The notes under the pieces are model-generated. The model was not told the DNA's origin. It saw only the letters and a list, made by a program, of their open reading frames with translations, and did no database searches. Made by a program: the position numbers and the translations under genes. A stretch of 20,000 nucleotides of DNA, taken from the IMG/VR virus record IMGVR_UViG_3300031474_000004, positions 58,339 through 78,338 of that record; one strand, written 5' to 3'. Origin of the DNA: an uncultured virus (IMG/VR IMGVR_UViG_3300031474_000004) (lineage: Duplodnaviria; Heunggongvirae; Uroviricota; Caudoviricetes). Shown piece by piece: positions 1 through 7,274 of this stretch; position 1 is the stretch's first letter, and the number at the start of each line of letters is the position of its first letter.

Positions 1-372
1 TTCATTTGTGAAGCAATCAGCGACAGCGTTCGTGAACGTGCGAACGGATTCATTGACGAGGCTGTTCAACTTTCGAACGACATCGCGGAAGGTGACAAAC
101 ATTCTATCAAGCAACTTCAGCACGTTGCAAAGGAAATGGAAAGCTTGACGAGCTTTTTCAAGCGAAACGATGAATTGATGAACACGGCATTCAATCGTTT
201 GCTCGAACAGGTGAACAAGATGGTGAAGATGACGAGCTTTTGGAATCGTCCACTTGCGATTGGAAAGCAAGCGTACTTTGAGAAGTTGAACGATCAAGCT
301 GCGAACATCGAACACGAAGCATCGATCACGAAACATTTAATGGAGAAGGTGAAGAAACACAAGGTCTGGTGA
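1..372 (+). CDS. Hypothetical protein, 5'-truncated by the window edge
   Basis: Frame 1 is open from base 1 (FICEAISDSVRERANGFIDE...) through the tracked ORF 136..372 to TGA. The sequence looks helical; no family recognised. Confidence 0.7.
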   Translation, partial: FICEAISDSVRERANGFIDEAVQLSNDIAEGDKHSIKQLQHVAKEMESLTSFFKRNDELMNTAFNRLLEQVNKMVKMTSFWNRPLAIGKQAYFEKLNDQAANIEHEASITKHLMEKVKKHKVW

Positions 373-417
373 AACTCACAATGATTGATGTGCATCGTTA
401 AATTTTCGTTTCGTACA

Positions 418-423
418 TAATTA
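418..423 (+). promoter_or_regulatory. Putative phage late-promoter motif (caTAATTA), 6 nt before the protease ATG
   Basis: The same TAnnTA motif recurs just upstream of most structural genes in the window. No Shine-Dalgarno is present here. Confidence 0.5.
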
Positions 424-429
424 CTTGTT

Positions 430-1032
430 ATGAACGAGCAACGGATCATCACATCATACGAGGATTTCACCCCCGAAGTTATCACAGAAGCCATTACGGG
501 AACTGATAGAAAAAAGATGATTCTTAAGGGAATTCTTCAGCGTTCGGATAGTGTCAACCAGAACGGCAGGATCTATACGAGAGCGATACTTGAGCGCGAG
601 ATCAGGAATTACCAGAAGTTCATTCTTGAAAATCGAGCATTGGGAGAACTTGATCATCCGTCCGAAAGTGTTGTTGAACTTAAGAATGTTTCGCACATCG
701 TGCGTAAAGCTGAGATGGATGACAAGGGAGTCGTTACCGGTTTGATTGAATTGTTAGACACCCCTTGCGGGAAGATTGCACAGAGCTTGGTCGAAAGCGG
801 TGTAAAAATTGGCATCTCATCACGTGGAGTGGGGTCAACAACAAAGAAAGGGGACTATCAAGAGGTCTCTTCCGACTACATTCTCATATGTTTTGACCTC
901 GTCGTAGACCCAAGTACCCCCAATGCGTTCATGATCCCAGAAGGTAGAAAAATTTCTACAAAGGAATATGAAAAAATTCTAACTCGTTCTGATCGCCTCT
1001 CTAGGCTGATGAACGAGATTCTGATCAAGTGA
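430..1032 (+). CDS. gp21: Prohead core protease, T4 gp21-like serine peptidase
   Basis: Diagnostic motifs NQNGRIY, ALGELDHP (catalytic His), GISSRGVGS (catalytic Ser) and FDLVVDPSTPNA. Confidence 0.95.
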   Translation: MNEQRIITSYEDFTPEVITEAITGTDRKKMILKGILQRSDSVNQNGRIYTRAILEREIRNYQKFILENRALGELDHPSESVVELKNVSHIVRKAEMDDKGVVTGLIELLDTPCGKIAQSLVESGVKIGISSRGVGSTTKKGDYQEVSSDYILICFDLVVDPSTPNAFMIPEGRKISTKEYEKILTRSDRLSRLMNEILIK

Positions 1033-1060
1033 TCGAAGTGAGATTCACGCTATCTGATGT

Positions 1061-1078
1061 TTCGACGTTGACGTCGAA
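1061..1078. terminator. Inverted repeat between convergent genes, possible bidirectional terminator or binding site
   Basis: TTCGACGT-TG-ACGTCGAA is a perfect inverted repeat in the 1033-1138 convergent gap. It has no clear U-tract. Confidence 0.3.
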
Positions 1079-1138
1079 TGAATTCTCGTTCACCTGATTG
1101 GGGGAAATTAGTACACTCTCAAAGAACGTTCGTGTGCA

Positions 1139-1468
1139 TTACGGAATGCGTGAGTTGCATTCCTTCGCCTTTCGTCGCTTGATGACGATTGGTGATTCCT
1201 TCACGTCAATGACGTGTGAGCTGATTCTGAACGAGGTTCGATTCGTTGAAGCTTGAAAACATTCGTGCTTCGCATCACATGTGCAACGAATGTACGATCC
1301 CTGATAAGAAACACGATCGAATCCATCGCCATCAGTCGACATTCCAATTCGAGACGTCCATTCGAGCTTTCCACCTAATCCGCAATGAGGATTGAACGAT
1401 TCGGAACGAGCTAGTATGTCGTACAAATCGAACGTTCGTGCTGTAGTATTACGCGTTTTGAATGCCAT
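1139..1468 (-). CDS. Hypothetical protein (109 aa)
   Basis: ATG-start ORF filling the gap, preceded by an extended -10 (TGTTACAAT). Contains Cys/His residues (HC, CTC, HEC). Confidence 0.65.
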   Translation of the reverse strand: MAFKTRNTTARTFDLYDILARSESFNPHCGLGGKLEWTSRIGMSTDGDGFDRVSYQGSYIRCTCDAKHECFQASTNRTSFRISSHVIDVKESPIVIKRRKAKECNSRIP

Positions 1469-1477
1469 GAAAAGCTC

Positions 1478-1486
1478 ATTGTAACA
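1478..1486 (-). promoter_or_regulatory. Sigma70-type extended -10 (TGtTACAAT), 9 nt before ATG 1468
   Basis: Reverse complement of attgtaaca matches TGnTAnnAT. Confidence 0.5.
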
Positions 1487-1495
1487 TGAAATCTT

Positions 1496-1711
1496 TCAAA
1501 GAACATGAAAGAACGTTGCATCTTGAAACGCGTAAATACTAACCGTTAGTACCCTGTTTTTCTTGTACACCGTCACGTATTCATTGACATGAGCAATGAC
1601 TGTGAACATATCATGAAGCGCGAACATCTCGTAATCACTGATGGAGGATGACCATATCTGAATTTTTCTCAGAACGTAGTACATCTCGCCAGGCAAGAGC
1701 TTGTTCAACAA
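1496..1711 (-). CDS. Small 'L-x-PG[DNE]' family protein (71 aa)
   Basis: N-terminus LNKLLPGEMYYV resembles four other small ORFs in the window. TTG start lies just after the HslV-like stop. Confidence 0.6.
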   Translation of the reverse strand: MLNKLLPGEMYYVLRKIQIWSSSISDYEMFALHDMFTVIAHVNEYVTVYKKNRVLTVSIYAFQDATFFHVL

Positions 1712-1717
1712 AGATTG

Positions 1718-2227
1718 TCACACGTGCAGGATCGTGAACGGCGGACGAACTGCCGCGTTGTTGATACATGAAACTTCAAGTGCCTGTTTAATTCTTGCCT
1801 CAGCATTCTTGATGCTTCCGTTCGAATGCATCGCACCCATTGCAAGATCTGCACCGGATCCCATTGCATCGAAACCTTCTCGTGCTTCAGCAACTTGGTA
1901 ATCCCCGTGAATTCCGAACAACTTTCCAGCGTGACCGACGAGAATGTCGGGCTGGAGATTATCTTCCTTCAAGCAGGAACGTACGGAATCTACGAATTCG
2001 TTCACCAAGTACGTTGAAAGGTTACCTCCCTTGAACTTCGGAATCACCAATCGGTGTTGGATCAACTGACCCATCCTGAAGCTACCGCAGAATCCAAAAA
2101 TGAAGCCATCACGAACGAACACCTTCTTGTCATTTCGTGAGCGTTGTAGCATGTTGGAACTCGTTCCAGCACTGTCGCCACCAATGAAAACTTTACCCTT
2201 GCTTTCGAGCCCAATGATACAAGTCAT
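1718..2227 (-). CDS. HslV/proteasome-beta-like Ntn threonine protease
   Basis: M-T-C-I-I-G start exposes a Thr1 nucleophile after Met removal. Also GGDS, a Lys at DKKVF and AMGSG, matching the Thr1/Asp17/Lys33/Ser129 pattern of the family. Confidence 0.85.
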   Translation of the reverse strand: MTCIIGLESKGKVFIGGDSAGTSSNMLQRSRNDKKVFVRDGFIFGFCGSFRMGQLIQHRLVIPKFKGGNLSTYLVNEFVDSVRSCLKEDNLQPDILVGHAGKLFGIHGDYQVAEAREGFDAMGSGADLAMGAMHSNGSIKNAEARIKQALEVSCINNAAVRPPFTILHV

Positions 2228-2233
2228 GCTAGT

Positions 2234-2242
2234 ATGATACCA
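2234..2242 (-). promoter_or_regulatory. Sigma70-type extended -10 (TGgTATCAT), 6 nt before ATG 2227 (leaderless spacing)
   Basis: Reverse complement of atgatacca matches TGnTAnnAT. No SD lies between the motif and the start. Confidence 0.5.
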
Positions 2243-2473
2243 CTATTTCTTTTGACGTATCACGAACGTTGCCCCGTCAATTTTATCCCGTTCGTTGTAG
2301 CAAATTTTTCTCGTACAGGTGGGATGGTTGTTCATGAAGTTGATGTGAAGATCGTAACCAGTACCGAGCTTACCGGTTGCATTCGTAATTACGACACTTA
2401 AAACCAACGATTGGTTACCGTGAACGACCCTTGAGACTAGCAAATCTCCGGGATAAAGGTGTGAATAAAGCAT
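2243..2473 (-). CDS. Small 'L-x-PGD' family protein (about 76 aa)
   Basis: MLYSHLYPGDLLV...SLVLSV. ATG at 2473 is chosen over the tracked TTG at 2479. Confidence 0.7.
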   Translation of the reverse strand: MLYSHLYPGDLLVSRVVHGNQSLVLSVVITNATGKLGTGYDLHINFMNNHPTCTRKICYNERDKIDGATFVIRQKK

Positions 2474-2475
2474 TG

Positions 2476-4164
2476 TCAAATATAAGAAAAGAAAGAGTTT
2501 TCGTACCCGTTAATTCGTGTGAAACCATCTGCTGCGGCGAGCTCGTTCTCATTTAATCCAAGTTCTTTGTTGTTTTTGAACGTTTGACGGTCGTAACGTT
2601 TACACATATCTGTCCACCAGTAACGCATCACAGTTTGACGTTCGTATCTCCAACCTGATAATTTGTATCCCCTGCCATCACCGATCCGGTTATCGACGTA
2701 TGTTACCAATCCAGGTTTCATGGATGTTTTAGCGATTTTCAACGCTTCTTTTGTTAATTTACCCAACCAACCATGAACCTTGATGTTACATTTACATGCC
2801 GCTCTTGCGACCTCGAATCGGGATTCATTCGATCTTGATGCATTACGAGGTATTCTCAATGTCATGACGGCAATAAGTTCATCATTGAACTTCAATCCAA
2901 TACACTTTGATGATTGAACGTGTCCCTCTAGGTGGTTATTTACCAGGAATGATTTCGATTGTGCATTATCGATCTCAACAAGTTCGCATTTTCTTGCATG
3001 TATCGTTCTGTCAAACACATTCAATCGTTGTTTGATCATTGATTCAACTATTTTTCGTTTTTGTAACCATTCATCTTCAAATATCGAAAAGAGACGAATT
3101 CCAACTTGTTTAGCAAGCAACGACTTCTTAACGTGGTAACGAGGATCTTTCAGCACGGCGGTTGAATGCCAATAAAGTCCATTGTATTCAATACCAAATT
3201 TCATTGACGGAACGTAGATATCGACCTCTTGAGGGAACAAGATAGTTCTATCTCCGGATACAACATCACCCACGTTAAGCGATTTGACGAAATCAAGAAC
3301 TTCTAGTTGACCAATTGATCCTTTGGGATGACATGTATTACAAATCGGTCGTCCCCTGAATTGCATCAACGTTCTTTGTGCGGTGATACCGCAAGTCTTA
3401 CACTTGATATCAAGTTGATTGTACTTGTTTCGATATAAGTTCGGGTCGGTCAAAAGATCGAACTTTCCTTTTGAGCTGTCTTCGAACACATTGATCAATT
3501 GATCAGGCTTGAAACGTTTTGCGGACGAATTCATGTTTGTTTTGACTGTGTGAGATATGTTTCTACCCAACAAACGTACACTTTCATTCGTATCCTTTGT
3601 TTGCCCCTTGATCCAAGCAATTTTTTCACCCGAAGCGAACTTTCGTTTCTTTGTTTCTGATGATTTCTTCAAACTTTCATGAGTATCTTTCGTTTGACCT
3701 TTTTGCCAGTACTCATAAGTTCCCGCTTCGTGTCCAATTGTCAACGTTTTTCCAATACGTTCAGACATTTCTGCAACACGAATGTCAGTTTCTTTCGTCA
3801 AACCATCATTCCATACCTTGTATTTACCAGAACGATAACCATCAGTACGTTTTTGAGCGAATTCTGCTTGTCGATCCGGATCGTTGTAGATTGAATCAAT
3901 CACGGCGTTATGACCCCGGACGAATTTCACGGGATAACCAACCTTCCAACCGTACCATTTAACGGGCTCACTGCATTTTCCACATTTACAAACGGGGGTG
4001 ATTCCGCAGTGATAGATTTTGTCGAACAATGCTTGATGGTTGGTACAGGAATGTGTGGACGACAAATGCTCAAGAAATTTCTTCTCTTGAGCAAAGTCTT
4101 TATCACAGTTCGGACATGAAATTCGTTTGAATTTCTTTTTTTCAGGTATTACTTCCTCACTCAT
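2476..4164 (-). CDS. Hef-like homing endonuclease: Zn fingers, W-x-x-G-x-TK[ED]T repeats, Vsr/DUF559-like nuclease, C-terminal GNAT/Mom-like domain
   Basis: C2H2 finger (CPNC...HLSSTH), CKCGKC...FVRGHN, three WxxGxTK[ED]T repeats, EVDIYVPSMKFGIEYNGLYWHS...IFEDEW nuclease core, and a HARKC...NHLEGH...TYVDNR...YWW C-terminal domain. Confidence 0.85.
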   Translation of the reverse strand: MSEEVIPEKKKFKRISCPNCDKDFAQEKKFLEHLSSTHSCTNHQALFDKIYHCGITPVCKCGKCSEPVKWYGWKVGYPVKFVRGHNAVIDSIYNDPDRQAEFAQKRTDGYRSGKYKVWNDGLTKETDIRVAEMSERIGKTLTIGHEAGTYEYWQKGQTKDTHESLKKSSETKKRKFASGEKIAWIKGQTKDTNESVRLLGRNISHTVKTNMNSSAKRFKPDQLINVFEDSSKGKFDLLTDPNLYRNKYNQLDIKCKTCGITAQRTLMQFRGRPICNTCHPKGSIGQLEVLDFVKSLNVGDVVSGDRTILFPQEVDIYVPSMKFGIEYNGLYWHSTAVLKDPRYHVKKSLLAKQVGIRLFSIFEDEWLQKRKIVESMIKQRLNVFDRTIHARKCELVEIDNAQSKSFLVNNHLEGHVQSSKCIGLKFNDELIAVMTLRIPRNASRSNESRFEVARAACKCNIKVHGWLGKLTKEALKIAKTSMKPGLVTYVDNRIGDGRGYKLSGWRYERQTVMRYWWTDMCKRYDRQTFKNNKELGLNENELAAADGFTRINGYENSFFSYI

Positions 4165-4236
4165 GAAGAAATAATAATTATTAATTACGTAGCGTACAAC
4201 TCTAGAGTTCCAATAACCATAAGTGGTTGAAATTGT

Positions 4237-4728
4237 TCAGAATTGGAGGATCCAATTGTCGGCACGGAGGGTACAAGAAATTTCCGTGGGTTCATGAGTA
4301 TCGTAACTAAGTTCTCCAAAGTTGACCTCAGTCGCCCAGACGCCTTTTCCGTCCCATAAACTGACCACTGTACCTACCGGGTCCAACAATTTAAGTTGGA
4401 CATCCCTCTTGTAAAAGTCAGCATACCCCGCTCGTCCCGAAACTGATTCGTAACAGAGTCTCAACCATTCCATCGTTTGCTGTGCCGCGGAAGGAGCAAT
4501 CGGATCGTGAAGCGTGATTTGAACCGGTCCGAACGTGGTCTTACCAGCAAGGTAACGGTGAGCGTTGATGAATGGTATTGGAACCTCTTCCGTGGTCACG
4601 GTAGGTTGCTGCGCGGTCTTAAGCAAGAATGCATCGATGCCTTCGATCATGAACACCCACCTATTCTTTTGCTTGGGCTGAAATTGATTCGGTAACATTG
4701 ACGTAACATCTAGGGTTTCTGCGGCCAT
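4237..4728 (-). CDS. gp19: Tail tube protein, T4 gp19-like
   Basis: PKQKNRW, RYLAGKTTFGPVQITLHDPI, EW...GRAGYADFYKRDVQLKLLDPVG, W...VNFGELSY. 163 aa; AGGAG SD at 4738-4742 on the minus strand. Confidence 0.92.
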   Translation of the reverse strand: MAAETLDVTSMLPNQFQPKQKNRWVFMIEGIDAFLLKTAQQPTVTTEEVPIPFINAHRYLAGKTTFGPVQITLHDPIAPSAAQQTMEWLRLCYESVSGRAGYADFYKRDVQLKLLDPVGTVVSLWDGKGVWATEVNFGELSYDTHEPTEISCTLRADNWILQF

Positions 4729-4751
4729 ATTGGAATTCTCCTACGAATAGT

Positions 4752-4757
4752 TAGGTA
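4752..4757 (-). promoter_or_regulatory. Putative late-promoter motif TACCTA upstream of the tail tube gene
   Basis: TAnnTA motif 23 nt before the ATG, with AGGAG in between. Confidence 0.45.
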
Positions 4758-4819
4758 ACAATTATTGTTTACGACCATTTACAAAGTTTTTTTGGTAATT
4801 ACCTATTCATGATAACCGT

Positions 4820-6601
4820 ATGATCCAATTGAATGAAGTTACGTGGTCTCGAATTTGTCCAACTTGTGATCAACCAACAACACATAAAAATCGTGCAAAA
4901 TGTCTTTGTGCGGAAAAACTAAAAACGACATGTTCAAGTTGTTCTGCAAAGCAACGAGGAAAGAAAAGATCGGCACATGATTTATGTCCAATTTGTAAGA
5001 ACGAATTTAGAGTCCTTGATGTTCAAGAACACTCTGAACTACATTCAACGACGCCTCAATTACTTTGGTTGTTAAAACATTCATGTGAAATTCCTAAGTG
5101 TCGATGTGGTTGTGGTGAATCAACGAACTGGGCAAATTGGAAAAAAGGCTTCAGTGAATTCTTGAACGGTCATAACGGAAGTATTTACACGTCCTACGAC
5201 CTGCAAAAAGCTAAAGAAATTAGTGATAAAAGAAGATCAAAATTGATCGGGAAAGTTGGTTGGGCCAAGAACCAAACGATGGAAAATAACACAATAATTA
5301 AAAATCGTGCTCAAGCATCCGCAGCCGGAATACGCAAAACATTTGCTGAAGGTCGAATCGCCTGGTCAAAAGGATTGACGAAAGAAACCAATCCTGCCGT
5401 AGCCAGCATGGCTAAAAATTTAAAGGAGGGGTTCGCGAATGGAACGTACAAGCCGTGGGCAAAAGGATTGACGAAGGAAACAAATCCAACCCTTGCAACC
5501 ATGGCAATGAATGTTTCTTTTGCATTAAAACAAAAGGAATTGCATGAACGGCTAACAATCATTAAAAGATTGACTAAAAGCGAAATTTTAGATCGAATCA
5601 AAACCAACAGCAGCATCGAATTGCTTGATGATCTTTCACCGTATTTGTCGTTGACATCGACAAACATAAACGTTAAATGCAAACTTTGCAATGAAACGTT
5701 TAAATCATCAATCAATAATCTTGTAAGTGGAAACCGGTGTTACATTTGTTCTCCCGCTTGGATCTCATCTGGACAATCTGAAATCATCAATTTCGTCAAA
5801 AGTTTGAATTTTTCACCTCTGGTAAATGACAGATCAGCGATTAGTCCTCTTGAGCTTGACATATATGTACCAGAACGTCGATTCGCAATCGAATACAATG
5901 GCCTGTATTGGCATTCCGAGCTGAATAAAAGTGCAATTTACCATGACAACAAGACGAACAAATGCCTTACGAGTGATGTTCGTTTATTTCATGTTTTTCA
6001 AGATGAATGGGGAGAAAAATCAGACATCGTTAAAAGCATGATCAAGCATCGTTTGGGAATTTTTGATCGTGTAATTGGGGCTCGTAAATGCACGATACAT
6101 GTTTTAAACAACAGGCAACGAATAGAATTTTTTGAAAAAAATCACATTGATGATGATTCATCCGCAGGAATGTGTTTGGGTTTAATTCACAACGATGAAT
6201 TAGTGGCCGCATTATCATTACGAAAAGCGTTTCATAAAAAATACGAAGACGCTCTCGAGGTTGCTAGATTTTGCACTAAAACGTTCACAGCCGTGCCAGG
6301 TGCTTTGAGTCGTTTAACTTCACATGCTAAAATTTATGCAAGTTCGATGGGATACAAGCGATTGATCACTTACGTTGATTCAAGATTAGGAACCGGTGAA
6401 GCTTATAAAAAAGCTGGATTTTCCCTTGTGTCAAACACAAAACCTCGATTCTGGTGGACTGACATGAAGTACCGTTTCAATCGTTTCAAGTTCCGTGCCG
6501 ATCCAAAAAACAACATGACGGAGGCTCAGGTTGCTGGGGAAGCGGGTGTAGTGAAAATTTGGGGGTGCAAGAATTACGTGTTCGAGCTCATCATTGAATG
6601 A
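4820..6601 (+). CDS. Hef-like homing endonuclease, paralogue of 2476..4164
   Basis: CPTC/CSSC/CPIC Zn motifs, CRCGCGE...FLNGHN, WSKGLTKETN and WAKGLTKETN repeats, ELDIYVPERRFAIEYNGLYWHS...VFQDEW, then GARKC...NHID...TYVDSR...FWW. Confidence 0.85.
   Translation: MIQLNEVTWSRICPTCDQPTTHKNRAKCLCAEKLKTTCSSCSAKQRGKKRSAHDLCPICKNEFRVLDVQEHSELHSTTPQLLWLLKHSCEIPKCRCGCGESTNWANWKKGFSEFLNGHNGSIYTSYDLQKAKEISDKRRSKLIGKVGWAKNQTMENNTIIKNRAQASAAGIRKTFAEGRIAWSKGLTKETNPAVASMAKNLKEGFANGTYKPWAKGLTKETNPTLATMAMNVSFALKQKELHERLTIIKRLTKSEILDRIKTNSSIELLDDLSPYLSLTSTNINVKCKLCNETFKSSINNLVSGNRCYICSPAWISSGQSEIINFVKSLNFSPLVNDRSAISPLELDIYVPERRFAIEYNGLYWHSELNKSAIYHDNKTNKCLTSDVRLFHVFQDEWGEKSDIVKSMIKHRLGIFDRVIGARKCTIHVLNNRQRIEFFEKNHIDDDSSAGMCLGLIHNDELVAALSLRKAFHKKYEDALEVARFCTKTFTAVPGALSRLTSHAKIYASSMGYKRLITYVDSRLGTGEAYKKAGFSLVSNTKPRFWWTDMKYRFNRFKFRADPKNNMTEAQVAGEAGVVKIWGCKNYVFELIIE
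5362..5487 (+). repeat. Intragenic direct repeat encoding W-x-KGLTKETNP units (93-bp period)
   Basis: ctggtcaaaaggattgacgaaagaaaccaatcc versus gtgggcaaaaggattgacgaaggaaacaaatcc. Confidence 0.85.
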
Positions 6602-6657
6602 TCAAACATTCCTGACTTCGTTCCGCATGTTGTGTTAGGATACATGTTAAACCTCAC

Positions 6658-6843
6658 ATGATGTTCAAAGATCTCCAGCCAGGAAATTTGTTGGTTTATG
6701 GCAATGTTCTACTTGTTCTTTCGATAGAATCTAAAAAGCACTCGTGTGGAATGACAATCTCGTACCTGGGAAACTATGGCGTGTTTCGTCAAGTGTACCA
6801 TCAAGAATCTTGCATAGATCAATCAATACGAGTCGTTAAATGA
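6658..6843 (+). CDS. Small 'L-x-PG[DN]' family protein (61 aa)
   Basis: MFKDLQPGNLLV...LLVLSI. Extended -10-like TGTTAGGAT at 6633-6641; ATGA overlap with the next gene. Confidence 0.7.
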   Translation: MMFKDLQPGNLLVYGNVLLVLSIESKKHSCGMTISYLGNYGVFRQVYHQESCIDQSIRVVK

Positions 6844-7079
6844 CTTACGGTGAACTCGTTCCGGGTGACTTGCTCATCAATGACGCTCTTGGTACCATCA
6901 TCGTCATAGCAATTGATACCACAACCGTGTTGTTCGGGAACGATACTTCGGCACATATCAAACTATCGTTCCTTAGTACCTATAAGTCAATGTTCAACGT
7001 TCACATGCCATCGATGCAACATTGCACGAGCTTCGTTCGTTCAACAACTATACAACCCTCGTTGTCAAAAAAGAGGTAG
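6840..7079 (+). CDS. Small 'L-x-PGD' family protein (79 aa)
   Basis: MTYGELVPGDLLI...IIVIAI. Translationally coupled (ATGA) to 6658..6843. Confidence 0.7.
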   Translation: MTYGELVPGDLLINDALGTIIVIAIDTTTVLFGNDTSAHIKLSFLSTYKSMFNVHMPSMQHCTSFVRSTTIQPSLSKKR

Positions 7080-7249
7080 TTTTTCAACGAACCGTCCACT
7101 GTTAAGACTGAAATGCTTCTATCGAACGCATTGCACCGCGTCTTTTGGTTTGCAATGACGAGACCTTGCATGTCACGAGCTGAGTGAATTAGAACGTCGC
7201 CTGGCTGAAGATCTTTGATCAATAACTGCAATCGTAGTACCTCGGCCAC
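7001..7249 (-). CDS. Small 'L-x-PGD' family protein (start may be TTG at 7222)
   Basis: LIKDLQPGDVLI...GLVIAN. Its 5' DNA is 18/19 identical to the start of 6658..6843. Confidence 0.65.
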   Translation of the reverse strand: MAEVLRLQLLIKDLQPGDVLIHSARDMQGLVIANQKTRCNAFDRSISVLTVDGSLKNYLFFDNEGCIVVERTKLVQCCIDGM

Positions 7250-7263
7250 AATTTTATCTTACA

Positions 7264-7269
7264 TACTTA
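7264..7269 (+). promoter_or_regulatory. Putative late-promoter motif caTACTTA, 5 nt before GTG 7275
   Basis: Identical CATACTTA occurs at 7986-7993 and 19008-19015. Confidence 0.55.
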
Positions 7270-7274
7270 TCGAC

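Noticed and set aside
1483..1510. AACATGAAA direct repeat (1483-1491, 1502-1510) overlapping a promoter
   Set aside because: Only two 9-bp AT-rich copies, one inside a coding 3' end; it could be chance.
294..5715. Short overlapping ORFs in the track (for example 294..494, 454..696, 1701..1901, 3651..3962, 4477..4695, 5311..5715)
   Set aside because: They overlap or lie within well-supported genes in other frames or strands and have no recognisable motifs.
6658..7249. Intein/Hint fragments suggested by 'KDLQPGD.L'
   Set aside because: No N-terminal Cys/Ser block A, TxxH block B or C-terminal HN motif; the ORFs look like stand-alone small proteins.
7215..7274. Tracked upstream start of the kinase ORF (TTG 7215)
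   Set aside because: It overlaps the divergent PGD gene and lies upstream of the CATACTTA motif; GTG 7275 fits the promoter and leader pattern better.
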